A stretch of DNA of 64,000 nt from NCBI GenBank assembly GCA_964016885.1, contig OZ024748.1:59210001-59274000 (forward strand). The letters are read 5' to 3'. This DNA is from Eledone cirrhosa. Its lineage: Eukaryota. How positions within the stretch are numbered: position 1 is the first letter of the stretch; each line of letters starts with the position of its first letter. A program made the translations under genes and the position numbers. The notes under the pieces are model-generated. The model made no database searches. It was not told where the DNA came from and saw only the letters and a list, made by a program, of their open reading frames with translations. Positions 27,238 to 42,134 of the stretch are shown here, in pieces.

Positions 27238-27990
27238 ATATATATATATATTTTCAATTTTGTAATAATATACACATACTGAATTCATCCGCCAAAAATA
27301 AAGGTTGCCTCCCTTGTCGAGCCCCACGTGGGTATTGGTAACGGTCAATCCTTGGCCTGACACTTGAACTAAAAGCCTGTTGAGAAAGTGACTTCCTTGT
27401 TCAATCATCTTACCAGAAGCCTAACATTATGATTGGCAGTATCGGTAGAGGGTCGGACGTCATGCTTTAACGCATAGAGTTACGGCCCTTTCCATTCTGA
27501 GTTCAAATCCCGCCAAGGTCAACTTTGCCTTTCATCCTTACGGGGTCGATAAAATAAAGTACCAGTAATGTACTGGGTAATTGCTGGCCTTGTGCCAAAA
27601 GTAGAAACAATTATTTGTCTAAGCGGAGAGTACTTGATTTAGGAGTCGCAGAAACCTAAATGCTGGATTTTCACCAACCATCCAGGGGTCCGGGTAAATT
27701 TTTCAATCACATTTTTTTATTTGTTTGACCCGAATTATTTGGTCGTTTCTATGGCTGTGCGGATAATGGTTTAACCATCGTCTCAGTGTGTTTGGCCTTT
27801 TAACGTATGTTGTAGCTCTGGTTCGTTAGAATCTATTGAGCGCTTGCCACAAATCTCGGAAGTTGTTTTTCGCTAATTTCCAAAGCCGAAATACGATTCT
27901 CGTTAATTTATATTTGTATATATATATATATATATAAAATAAAATAATTAAGTCAACTATTTAAAATTTGGCTTCGTTTATTAAAGGTGT

Positions 27991-28045
27991 ACTGCTATAT
28001 ATATTTCGGTGACAGCCATCCTTGGCTGTGACCTCTTCAGGCAGT
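27991..28045 (-). ncRNA. Type I hammerhead ribozyme, left arm of palindrome
   Basis: actgc CTGAAGA ggtcacagcc-aaggat-ggctgtcacc GAAA tatata TA gcagt. Confidence 0.8.
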
Positions 28046-28108
28046 CCGAATTGGTGTGGTAGAGACAGCTCAACAACATGTGTACCTGTCTCTACCACAC
28101 CAATTCGG

Positions 28109-28163
28109 ACTGCCTGAAGAGGTCACAGCCAAGGACGGCTGTCACCGAAATATATATAGCAGT
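28109..28163 (+). ncRNA. Type I hammerhead ribozyme, right arm of palindrome
   Basis: actgc CTGAAGA ggtcacagcc-aaggac-ggctgtcacc GAAA tatata TA gcagt. Confidence 0.82.
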
Positions 28164-28313
28164 ACACCTTTAATAAACGAAGCCAAATTTTAAATATTTG
28201 ACTTAATTATTTTATTTTACATTACTCCGGAGTAACCAAACCAACCTGCGTACCTCGTCGAGTGCTCCATTCTGCATACTGAGGTGTCGGTAAACAACCA
28301 CCATAGACATATA

Positions 28314-28364
<51 letters not shown>

Positions 28365-28944
28365 TTCGTTTTTTAATTTCTTTTGCAAGATTTCTTATCT
28401 GAAAACGTGTGTTGAAACAGATATTAGGTTTTCACTTCAATGTATTATAAATTTCCGGTTGGTTGGTTGAATAACCGGATGGTTGTTTATATATTGTCAA
28501 AGGTCTTTCTTCACACATTCTGTGACCTTCCCAGTGACTGATTTCTTATTTTGTGTCTCTCCCTTGTTCTGTCCTCTCCCATCTTGTTTTTGTGTGTTGT
28601 GTGCTGTGAGCGTTGGGGGAAATGATTTGTGATGTTTGTTGTGTTTCTTTACGTCCCACGGGTCCATAAAAATGAAGTACCTGAAAAGTATTGAGCGTCG
28701 ACTTAGTCGGCTTTCCCGTTCCCCTCAAAGATTGCTGCCCTTTTGACTAAATTAAAATATTTTTTGTTATGCATTTATCTTCAAAAATATCATTCAAAAC
28801 AACTTACGTCAATACTGATCTTTGTCCCTTTCTCAGAGGGTTCTAAACCCCAATATCAGGATAAAGTTTCTTTGGTCAGAAATACGGCGAAAGCTTCTAT
28901 TTCTAATTTCAAACTCGCTCACTGTTTCAAAACATACTTACTTG

Positions 28945-28985
<41 letters not shown>

Positions 28986-29152
28986 CTTTCGCCGTATTTA
29001 TATAAATATATATATATATATGTAGAAGTTATATTTAAATTGTTGGGATACAACAAGCAAATATTTTTATAACTGAATAAAGCACTCAACAAATTATTGT
29101 AGTAAAAATACGATATCTTAACAAATGGAAACTATATTTATAAAACCATATT

Positions 29153-29217
29153 TATTTCATTATACATATTTCAAGGACAACAAGTCAAATTATGGTGCGC
29201 TTTCATCAGATAAAATA
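29153..29217 (-). ncRNA. Type I hammerhead ribozyme (family E)
   Basis: tattttat CTGATGA aag...ctt GAAA tatgta TA atgaaata. Confidence 0.7.
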
Positions 29218-29292
29218 TAATATAGATCAGTTTTATAAATAAATATTGACATACCCTTAAAGAATGCGACCATTTCTGTTGGAAGCTCCCGG

Positions 29293-29399
<107 letters not shown>

Positions 29400-29408
29400 C
29401 TTTCGCCG

Positions 29409-29448
<40 letters not shown>

Positions 29449-29493
29449 GTATATATATATATATAATGTATATATATATATATATATATAATG

Positions 29494-29539
<46 letters not shown>

Positions 29540-29598
29540 TATATATATATATTACATATATATACATAATATATCTACACGCACGCACACACACATAC

Positions 29599-29681
<83 letters not shown>

Positions 29682-29927
29682 TATAAAGCCTAATTTAATA
29701 TTAAATTAGGCGCGTAATTGGGTGCATACCATCCATCTTCAGAACGCTCTAGGCGGTAATTCCTTAACTTTCTTGAAGAACTCTACCAATTAATTACATT
29801 AATCAAAGTATGATTTTGACATTTATGATAATTTGATAAATTAATTATAGAAAGCGCACGCACGGCCACGTTTTCACAGTCGCGTACGCACACGCGCACA
29901 CACACATACACGCTCACACACAGGCTC

Positions 29928-29983
<56 letters not shown>

Positions 29984-30121
29984 TTATTTTATTGTTCCCA
30001 TTTTGGCGAACCGCTAATTAACAGGACATTCACATCGACTCAACTAGAAACTTATATACATGAATGTATATATATATATATATATATGAGTCCGTGTGTG
30101 TGTGTGTGCGTGTCTGTGTCC

Positions 30122-30159
<38 letters not shown>

Positions 30160-32806
30160 GATAGGTTGTCTTTATATACATATAAAGCAAGTTTGTTTAA
30201 TATCTTCCCTCGCCCATTCAGTCAATTGTCTTTGGAGTGCAAAAGTATTAGAAATCGAAAAAATATGTCCTCCTCGCTACGAAGGTTTTGTTACAATTGG
30301 CAGAATCGTTAGAGTGGTATTTCGTAACTTTACTTTCTTAGTTCAAACCCTATCGATGTCTTTGCCTTTCACTATTTCCGGGATCGATAAAATAAAGTAC
30401 CAGTTCTGTACTTGGTTGATATTTGATTAACTTTACTCATTGCCTAAATCTGAAACTTTGTATCAACGCTAATAACTACTCTCTTTTAAGCTCAAATCCC
30501 GCTGAGGTTAACTTTGCCTTTCATCCTTACGGGATCGATAAAATAAAGTACCAGTAATGTACTGGGTATTTGCTGGTCTTGTGCCAAAAGTAGAAACAAT
30601 TATTTCTTTAAGCTGACGGTGGATTGGCAGTATCGGTAGAGCGCCGAACACCCTTCTTTGCAGCATAGTGTTACGGCCCTTTACGTTCTAAGTTCAAATC
30701 CCGCTTTGCTTTTCATCCTTACGGGGTCGATAAAATAAAGTACCAGTAACGTCCTGGGTCGATTTAATCGACATTTACCTCCCCTTCAAATTGCAAGCCT
30801 TGTGCCTAAAGTAAACAATTATTTCTTTAAGCGACATAACACTGCAGATTATCAGATTCAATTGGTTGATAAGTATCCATCAATGGGTGATCAGCCGTAC
30901 TGTTTTTTTTGTTTTGTTTTTTATTGTTGAAGGGACAGAAGGAAGAAAAGAGAAGACCTTTAACTCTTGATGGATTCGTAGGGGCCAGTCCTGACACACA
31001 GTGTGTCTTCAGCATTACAAACATGGTGAAACTCCTCGGAGCTAATTGATCTCATGTCTCAACCACCTCAGTTCTCCCGACACGTTCATCTCTCCCCCTC
31101 TCATCGTCGCCTGTGTAGTGCCCAATCCTACATCCAGAGAACTGACGCTTTTTTAGGTGTGCCTCTTTGCACGTGCTTTTTTTAAATTTTTTATCTTCTT
31201 TCCAATCGGAGTTGACTTTAAATAATTGAAGAAGAGATTCAGTCTCAGAGGACTTGTGTTGGAAAAGAGGGGTGTGTTCTCTGCCCCTACTTCCACAATT
31301 GCCAAATATATAGAAATGTTTGTCAATTCACCGCCCGCCTTACGTTATGAAAATGAAATTGTGGAGGTACTGTGGATCTTTAGCATTCAAACAGACCCCT
31401 ACATTGTACATAATACGCCTGACATCAGTTTTCAATGTTAAAATGGGAACAGCAATATCGAATAACTAATATATTACACTGCGTAGAAATGAGTTTAAAA
31501 GCTAAGAAATAACATCGACTTAGTTGTTGAATTAAGAAGATCATGGTATTTAAGGAATGCGTTCACCACACCACTTATTAATAGATATATTGCCTAAAAC
31601 TAGAGAACATACGCATGAAAGGACACGTTCTACAAAATAGCAATAACTACGATATGTAAACATTGTGGGCCATTCGTATACAGCATATTGTAACCTTGAA
31701 TATTGTTCGTGCCTCTTGTACTTTTAACGTTAAAAGAAAGAAAAAGCTCTTTTATCTCGCAAAAATGTTAACATATTTATTGAAAAGCAAAGAAACAGGC
31801 CTTATTTTGTAAGGAAAAATAAAAAAAAAAGGAGAAACAAAAAGAAAGAAAGAATAGGGAAATATAGGGAGAAAAAAGACAGAGAGAAAGAAAGAAAGAA
31901 AGAAGAAAAAGAACGGGAAAGGGGGAGATGGCAAGAGCTCTGGAGCGCAGAAGGGAGGGGAGTGAGGTGGAGGGGGATTGTGCTTTAGGCCTAGGGCAAG
32001 AATGCAGGAGTGCTGCGTCCCGCGGACAAGACGGTAAAAGCATTCCACCGGCTATTGGTAAATAATTGTTTCTACTTTAGGCAAAAGGCCAGCAATTTGA
32101 AGGGAATGGAAAAGTCGATTGAATTGACCCCAGTGCATTACTGGTACTTTATTTCATCGACCCCGTCAGGATGAAAGGCAAAGCTAACCTCGACGTGATT
32201 TGAACTCAGAATGTAAAGGATCGTAACTATATGTGTGTATATGTGTACGTATATCTGAATGTGTGTATGTATGTTTGTATATATGTATATATATGTGTGT
32301 GGGAGAGATGACCCCTTAGGCTTTGTCAAGGCAGAATTGTAGGAGAAGGAAAACTCTGATATAACACCTGCAACCCTGATGGTATCCAATGATGTTGACT
32401 TATTCTTCTTTTTGATAAATATCATCTTGGTTAAGAGAGTGGGACTGGCTTTGTGCAGAGCCTTTGCTCACTACAAAAGCTTCACGGTACAGGCATTGCT
32501 TTATATCTGGAGATCTCTCTGCACTTGTCGTCACAGGGTACCATGGGCCCAGCACTATGTGTCAATAATTGTCACAAGTGTAGTGTTTGTACCAGAGTTT
32601 TCAAGTCGCTGGCTGGACTAAAAAGTCACACTCGTTCAGCGCATCGGTAGGGGTTCTCCTACATGAATATAAAGTAGTGGCCGTACTCGAAAACGAGTTG
32701 GCAGCCACCATATGTGTGTGTATATATCTGTGTGGATGTACGTATATATATATATATATATGTATGTATATATATATATAAGGTATACGGTGCTGATATA
32801 CGGTAT

Positions 32807-32849
32807 ACGGTGCTGATGACAGCTAATAAGCTAGAAACTAGTTCATCGT
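32807..32849 (+). ncRNA. Type I hammerhead ribozyme (family A)
   Basis: acggtg CTGATGA c-agct-aata-agct-a GAAA ctag TT catcgt (GUU triplet). Confidence 0.72.
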
Positions 32850-33108
32850 TCCTTTGTCAGTGTTGAACAAAAGGGCGACGATGGTTGCCGAAGACTGTAC
32901 GGCTTAATTCGGGATGTTTGTTTACAAACAAACCGAACATTATAATAAATGTTCGGTAAACCCATACGTACATATATATGTGTGTGCATGTATGTATATA
33001 TATACATACTACTGTACGTCTGTATACATATATGTATGTACGTATACATACTTATATTTAAGTAACTGTCGTACTAAGAGTGAGAAATGAAATTTCATTT
33101 TTTCCATT

Positions 33109-33145
<37 letters not shown>

Positions 33146-33349
33146 ATATATATGTGTGTGTGTATGTACGTATATATGCATGCATGTATATATGTATGTG
33201 TGTATATAACTACATTGCCCTGAGATATATACAAAAGACATACTACAGTGGAAGATATTAAGTAACGAATCGACAACCACTTCACAGATCTATCGATTCC
33301 AGATCGATACAACTCTCACTTAATGTAATTGGCGCCAAAAATATATTCA

Positions 33350-34320
33350 CACTCAGGCACACTCACACAAAGACACACACACACGCACAAACATACAAAC
33401 TTGTGATCCACACACACACACACACACACACATACACACATACACACACTCACACACTCACACTCACGCACAAACATATAAACTTGTGACACACACACAC
33501 ACACACTCATACACACACAAACATAAAAACATACAAACTTATGACACACACACACACTCACGCACACATACAAACATACAAACTTGTGACACACACACAT
33601 ACACACATACACGCGCTCTCACACACACAAGCATACACACACACTCACGCACACACACAAACATACAAACTTGTGACACACAAACATACAAACTTGTGAC
33701 ACACAAACATACACACACACACAAACGCTCTCTCTCACACACACAAGCATACACACACACTCACGCACACACACAAACATACAAACTTGTGACACACAAA
33801 CATACAAACTTGTGACACACACACATACACACACACACAAACGCTCTCTCTCACACACATAAGCATATACACACACTCACACAAACATACAAACTTATGA
33901 CACACACACTCACGCACACACACAAACATACAAACTTGTGACACACACACTTACACACGCCGCACACACACGCTCTCACACACACAAGCATACACACACA
34001 CAAACATACAAACTTGTGACACATACGCACACACACACACACACATACAAACATACAAACTTGTGACACACACACACACACACACAAACATACAAACTTG
34101 TGACACACACACTCACGCACACACACACACAATAATACGAACATGTGACACACACACACAAATATACACGCATACAAACTTGTGACACCCACCCACCAGA
34201 CACCCACTCACGCTCTCACACACAAGCATACACACACACACTCCTGTGACACACACAAGCATACACACACTCCTGTGACACACACAAGCACACACTCCCA
34301 CTCACACAAATGTCTCACAC
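33350..34320. repeat. Compound (CA)n repeat with a recurring catacaaacttgtgaca motif
   Basis: The motif recurs about 18 times between CA runs. Confidence 0.9.
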
Positions 34321-34345
34321 TTTATAACACCATTCAAATTTGAAA

Positions 34346-34775
34346 GCCACTACTACCACCACCACTACTACCACTAATACTACTACCACCACTACTACTA
34401 CCACTACTACCACCACCACTACTACTACCACCACTACTACCACCACCAATACTACTACCACCACTACTACTACCACCACTACTACTACCACTACTACTAC
34501 CACCACTACTACCACCACTACTACCACCACCACTACCACCACCACTACTACTACCACCACTACTACCACTACTACTACTACTACCACTACTACCACCAAT
34601 ACTACTACCACCACTACTACCACCACTACTACTACCACTACTACTACCACCACTACTACCACCACTACTACTACCACCAATACTACTACCACTACTACCA
34701 CCACTACTACAACCACTACTACTACCACCACTACTACCACCAATATTACTACCACCACTACTACAACCACTACTA
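34346..34775. repeat. (TAC/CAC)n trinucleotide repeat
   Basis: Direct reading; source of the poly-T/V/GS ORFs. Confidence 0.95.
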
Positions 34776-34799
34776 GATAGATAGATACATACATACATA

Positions 34800-35030
34800 T
34801 TTATGCAGAACTGATGAGAAATCTGGAGATACTCCACCCTGATTACACCTTCAGATTTATACCTGTGATTATTGGGGCACTGGGGTATGTTAGTAACTGC
34901 CTCAATACAAATCTTGAGAAGATGGGCTTCACAGAAACAGAAAGAACACAACTAGTTAGGAAATTACAAGTACAATCCATCAATGGAACAGTAAAAATAT
35001 GTAAAACATTCCAAAAGCTTTGCATCTAAT
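34800..35030 (+). mobile_element. 3' coding fragment of an R4/Dong-like LINE (restriction-like endonuclease C-terminus)
   Basis: YAELMRNLEILHPDYTFRFIPVIIGALG...RKLQVQSINGTVKICKTF. The PVIIGALG motif is typical of REL-bearing LINE ends. Confidence 0.65.
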
Positions 35031-35904
35031 AACTGCATATACACATGTACAGATACAAAGCATATACACATGCACACATCAGACTCAAAACATACACATC
35101 CACACATACAATAACATCCATATCTACACATGCATGCATGCAGAAATACATACATATCTACCTAGTTGATGTTGTGTAAATTCCAATGAGAGAGTCTTGT
35201 GTCTATGTTAGAAACCGACTCTCTCTCTCTATTGGTAAAACTTTGTGAAATTATAAAACCAGAAGAACATACATACATACATACATACATACATACATAC
35301 ATACATACATACATACATACATACATACATACATACATACATACATACATACATACATGCATACATACATACATACATACATACATACATACATACATAC
35401 ATACACGTTAGTATTCTATCACACAGCTTCCGACAAACGAAGTTGAATCGATAAGATATTGTAATAATCGATATTTAAAGAAGTTAAAAGCGTCACCATT
35501 TACCTGAAGTTCTGTCAGAAAGGCATGTTGCGCCTTATATGAATAATACCTGAAATAAAGTACTTTGTATCTAATAAAGCCAGACAGGTGCGATATTTCA
35601 CAAACTACCTGTATCAATAAAAGGCGGTGAATTGGCGGCGCAGTGGTTAGAACGACGGATCGAATGTGTTATGGAATTCGTTCAGAATATTTCGCGTTCT
35701 GGGTATAAATGTCGCACGTGGTTATCTCTATGTGTGTATGTATGTGTGTATGTGTATATGTATGTATGTGTGTATGTATGTGTGTGTGTGTGTGTCTGTC
35801 TGTCTGTCTTTCATGCTTTCGATGATGTTGAGGAATAAAATACCAGTGCCAAACTAGTGTAGATTCTTCCTCATTATGTTTTTCTTATCTCTCTCTCTTT
35901 CTTA

Positions 35905-35986
<82 letters not shown>

Positions 35987-36181
35987 TTAATACATTAACA
36001 GAGAAAGCTTTTAGTGATACTCCGACAAACTCCCATCACACTCAACAAACATTAGGATATACCTGAATATAATCCCAATTATACGTTTGGGGTGCTGACT
36101 ATATTGTATTATGTGGAAAGTCGGCGGCTGTATTATTTTATATGAGATATAATTAAATAAATCTCTCTTTCCATACGATCG

Positions 36182-36214
<33 letters not shown>

Positions 36215-36494
36215 TGTATGTATGTATGTATGTATATATAAAAGCTTCACGGCACAGGCTTTGCTTTATATCTGGAGATCTCTCTGCACTTGCCGTCACA
36301 TAGTACCATGGGCCCAGCACTATGTGTCAATAATTGTCACAGGTGTAGTGTTTGTACCAGAGTTTTCAAGTCGCTGGCTGGACTAAAAAGTCACACTCGT
36401 TCAGCGCATCGGTAGAGGTTCTCCTACATGGATATAAAGTAGTGGCCGTACTCGAAAACGAGTTGGCAGCCACCATATATATATGTATATAAAT

Positions 36495-36552
<58 letters not shown>

Positions 36553-37103
36553 GGAAAAAAAGGAAAATATATTTCGGGGATATCATATTAACAATATGCT
36601 ATGCCTTCCTCAGACAAAATACAATATAAACAGTTTTATAGACAAATAGATTCGACATACCGTTATAACACCGACTTCCATTTGACGAGGTTTACGCTGG
36701 CGGTGAAAAAATTTTACACAGAGAGAAAGAAAGAGAGAAAAAAGAAAGAAAGACAGAAAACGAAGAAAAGGAAGAAAAAGAAGAAATGCATGGAACAAAA
36801 TAGAGAGATGGAAAGATAGATAAAGCGAAGAACTTCATGTAAAGAAACAGAAAGAGATATATATATAGAGAGAGAGAGGAAATAGAGATAGATACATATA
36901 TATATAGAAAATTAGGTAGTGGGAGGTCATTTTGAGTAAATGTATCAATGATACATTTATTTATTTATTTATTTATTTAGCTCAAGTATTAATGTAAGGG
37001 AGATATGTAGAGAGAGAAAAAATATAGAGAGAGGAAAAAAATAGCGAGAGAAAAAAAATTTTAAAATAGTCGAATCTATTTGTCTATAAAACTGTTTATA
37101 TTG

Positions 37104-37169
37104 TATTTTGTCTGAGGAAGGCATAGCATATTGTTAATATGATATCCCCGAAATATATATAATGAAATA
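37104..37169 (+). ncRNA. Type I hammerhead ribozyme
   Basis: tattttgt CTGAGGA agg..catatt-gtt-aatatg..cccc GAAA tatata TA atgaaata. An inverted copy, truncated in stem III, lies at ~36567-36656. Confidence 0.68.
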
Positions 37170-37299
37170 AATATGGTTTCATAAATATAGTTTCCATTTA
37201 TTTAATATTGTAAATATACTCCAAATATTTGTCGAGTGCTTTTATATCAGTTATAAATATTTACTAGTTGTAACACAACAATTTTAAATATAACTTTCC

Positions 37300-37368
<69 letters not shown>

Positions 37369-37747
37369 CAGTATATAAGGAAGTTTGTGTGCCCGTTTGT
37401 TTTAATGTATGTGTATGTATGTGCAAAGGTGTGTACGTACATTGGTGTATGCATCTTTATCACAGTACCATATATATTTGTATGTGTATTCCTCTCTATA
37501 TATATGTGTATGTGTAGGTGTTGTAGCACGTATACCTGTCGATATAATATAAACATCGACGAGAAAGGACAGGTAAAAAAACATGAAATGTTAGTTTAGA
37601 CACGAACTTGTTTATATCAGACAATGCATTCTCAGCTTCTTGTTGTTGTTGTTGTTGTTGTTGTTGTTGACTCTAGTGATTAGCTCATTGGAGGCCTGAA
37701 GCAAACAACTCCATTGTTTACTAATTTTTACATAAAATCGATAAATA

Positions 37748-37847
<100 letters not shown>

Positions 37848-38059
37848 TGCATAGCTCAGTAGTTAGAGCGTCGTGCTTCATGAGGTTGTGAGTTTGATTC
37901 CTATATATATATATATATATATATTAATATAGAAGAGCTTCTACAGGACTAGAACTGTTTCATTCGTGAGAAATCAGCAGGTGGTAGGAGAGGGTTCCCC
38001 TCCTCTCTCCTACCACCAGAAAAGAAAAGATATAAATACCACCACCCACTTGGACAGCC

Positions 38060-38110
38060 AGCTTCCTGATGATTTCTCACGAATGAAACAGTTCTAGTCC
38101 TGTAGAAGCT
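38060..38110 (+). ncRNA. Type I hammerhead ribozyme
   Basis: agcttc CTGATGA t-ttc-tcac-gaa-t GAAA cag-ttctagtc-ctg TA gaagct. Inverted or mutated copies at ~37935-37980 and ~38211-38306. Confidence 0.8.
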
Positions 38111-38388
38111 CTTCTATATTAAAACATTTATACTTTGCTATGTATTGAGTACCTTACTTACTGTGGTTACCTCCGATTCAAACCGGAATAACTTATATAT
38201 ATATATATATGGTTTCTACAGGACTAGAACTGTTTCATTCGGGAGAAATCATCAGGGCTTCCTGATGGTTTGTCCCCAATGAAACAGTTCTAGTCCTGTA
38301 GAATCCATTTCTATATTAAATATATATACTCTGCTATGTATTGAGTACCTTACTTACTGAAGTTACCCCCGATTGAACCCGGAATAAA

Positions 38389-38432
<44 letters not shown>

Positions 38433-38442
38433 CATACATATA

Positions 38443-38476
<34 letters not shown>

Positions 38477-38627
38477 ATAATAAGGGTTGACGGACCCAGC
38501 ATATTTATCAATGCCAGTACCGGTTGTATCTCAGCGCACTCAATGGGCAATGTAAGATACATTACCAGAGTATACACATAGTTATTTGCCTCAACACAAC
38601 ACACGTAAAACAGGTGCCTATAAGGTT

Positions 38628-38705
38628 CCCGGACTCGAGTTTCTGCCGCACTAATGCAGCAGTTAGGTGCACTGCACAATCGGCTTATGCGGCTTCATCA
38701 GCGGG
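38628..38705 (-). ncRNA. Type I hammerhead ribozyme with extended stem II
   Basis: cccg CTGATGA a-gccgca...tgcggc-a GAAA ctcgag TC cggg (GUC triplet, palindromic stem III). Confidence 0.8.
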
Positions 38706-39261
38706 TATCGCCTAATCAATAACCAATCGATCGACAGAATCCAAACACCGGCCCATGTCGGTCATGACTGTTTGTGACAACCAACACGGTAAAGGGATTA
38801 GCAACTGGCAACCGATAGGACTCTATCTCTCAACTAGCCACTGATTTACACTGATTTACGTGGGGACGGGAAGCTAAAAAGAATCAATCTTTTAGTTCCT
38901 GTCAGAAGCACTCAGCCAACGTGTCTCACATTGATATAAAATAGAATGGTAGCATTCGGTTCATGTCTCCAAGCCCCATGGCTAGAGGAAAGCGATGGTA
39001 ACAATGGTAGTGCCAAGAAACTTTAACGGACATTAAATGCTATCATCCATTCTATACCAATATAGTAGCGAGCTGAAATGTGTCAGCCACGTGCGTAGAT
39101 AACCAGTCTAATTCACAACTTAAAAGAGTGAGAGACAAAATTATATATATATGCATGTATATATATGAATATATATATATATAATCTGTGATATACGAGT
39201 ATATACATACATGTATAGATAAATGTACACAAATATATGTATATGCTTGTACATAAGTATG

Positions 39262-39292
<31 letters not shown>

Positions 39293-39451
39293 AGCAACTA
39301 TCTCAATCCATAGAAATCATCAGTGACCATATTTCCAATAATCTTTTTTTTTTAATTAATTACTAAAACAAACTGGAATATAATTGCATTTTCACCTAAA
39401 TTACTTTTTACACGTAGTTTCTCAGTAGGTATAACATCACGTTATTATACC

Positions 39452-40620
<1,169 letters not shown>

Positions 40621-41274
40621 TTACTCTATCTTCTCATTTTTTCTGCCTTCTGTTCCAATTGTTTCACCAATGGGAACACCCGACTCAGGAAATTAATGAG
40701 CCATGTGACTAGGGATTCCACAAGCATGTGAACCCTCAGGAAGATTCAGTGTAACACAATATACCTCATGGCTGACTGACAATTTAAATACAATCCATCT
40801 GACGGTCTTCCAAACAGTTTCCTTCAGCCAATTTTCACTCACACCCCAAGGCGTGTGTCGACCCGACGCTGTAGTAAATGACATTTGCTCAAGATACCAT
40901 ACATTGGTACCAAACCAGAGAACTTATGGTTACCAAATGAGCTTCTTAACCATTTAGTCGTGCTGCGTTGATCAAATCCAGACCTGTCAACAATCCCCTT
41001 CGGACTGGGGGATCACCCACCAACTTTAGGGTGGGTGAGAGATGTCTTCTCTTGTGAAATTGGGTATAGCTTTTATTATGTAAAATCTGCACATTTTACT
41101 TCATTTCTCCCCGATTTGGGGCCCCCTTTTTCATGGTACTCCCCGTTTCGGTTTTTGGAGGTTAGCAGGTCAGAAATCAATAAAAGGGTTCGAATGATGA
41201 TGGAGATCGAACTAAAGTGGTGTCACAGCATATGAAAAGTAGTGTTAAAATATACGAAGAAGATTCACTATGTG

Positions 41275-41473
41275 TAAGAAGGTCAACTGAAAAATTCATA
41301 GGCAGACCAAGATACACTCATGGAATGACCAAATGAAGTTTATTTTTCAGCATAGTTCCCAGAAAGAAACAATGCAGTTATTAATAAGAAGCGTTGAAAT
41401 AAATGCATGCAACATTTCACAGCTCTAGTATCACTCTTTCATAGTCAGCCTATGAACTTTTCACAGCATTCTA
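41275..41473. mobile_element. Mariner-like MITE
   Basis: Inverted ends tgaaaaattcataggcagac / gtcagcctatgaactttttca, ~200 bp apart. Confidence 0.55.
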
Positions 41474-41526
41474 ATAAATATTGCCTGTACAGGCTGTATA
41501 ACCTGGGATAACCTATATATATATGA

Positions 41527-41602
<76 letters not shown>

Positions 41603-41678
41603 AGGAAACAAAGATACGAACAAATAAGAGGATGCAATAACATAAAGTTGCATTAGTTTCACGCTTCGAGGAAGAAGA

Positions 41679-41738
<60 letters not shown>

Positions 41739-42134
41739 TAGAAATCTTACAATGAAACGATTCGTTTGGGAAATGAGATCTTTAATATATCTTATATGAA
41801 ATAATACAGCCGATTATCCACACAATACAATATAGTTAGCACTCCAAACGTTTAATTGGGAATATACTCCGGTATTTCCTAATGTTTGTTGAGTGAGTTG
41901 GAATTGGTCGGAGTATCGCTATTAGCTTTCTCTGTTTATGTAATTATGTATATATATATATATATATATAATTTATGTACGATTTCACAGCTCTAGAATC
42001 ACTCCCTCATATACCCTGCTGACAAAGTAAACCTAATAATGTAATTGAACATTTCGTCTCAGTATAGAACCAACAGATGTCATATGTCAACAGAAGCAAT
42101 CGATTGTTCTACAAATCACACCAGACGTTGCATA

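Noticed and set aside
34334-34951. Gly/Ser-rich 205-aa ORF
   Set aside because: Reverse translation of a (TAC/CAC)n repeat plus antisense LINE sequence.
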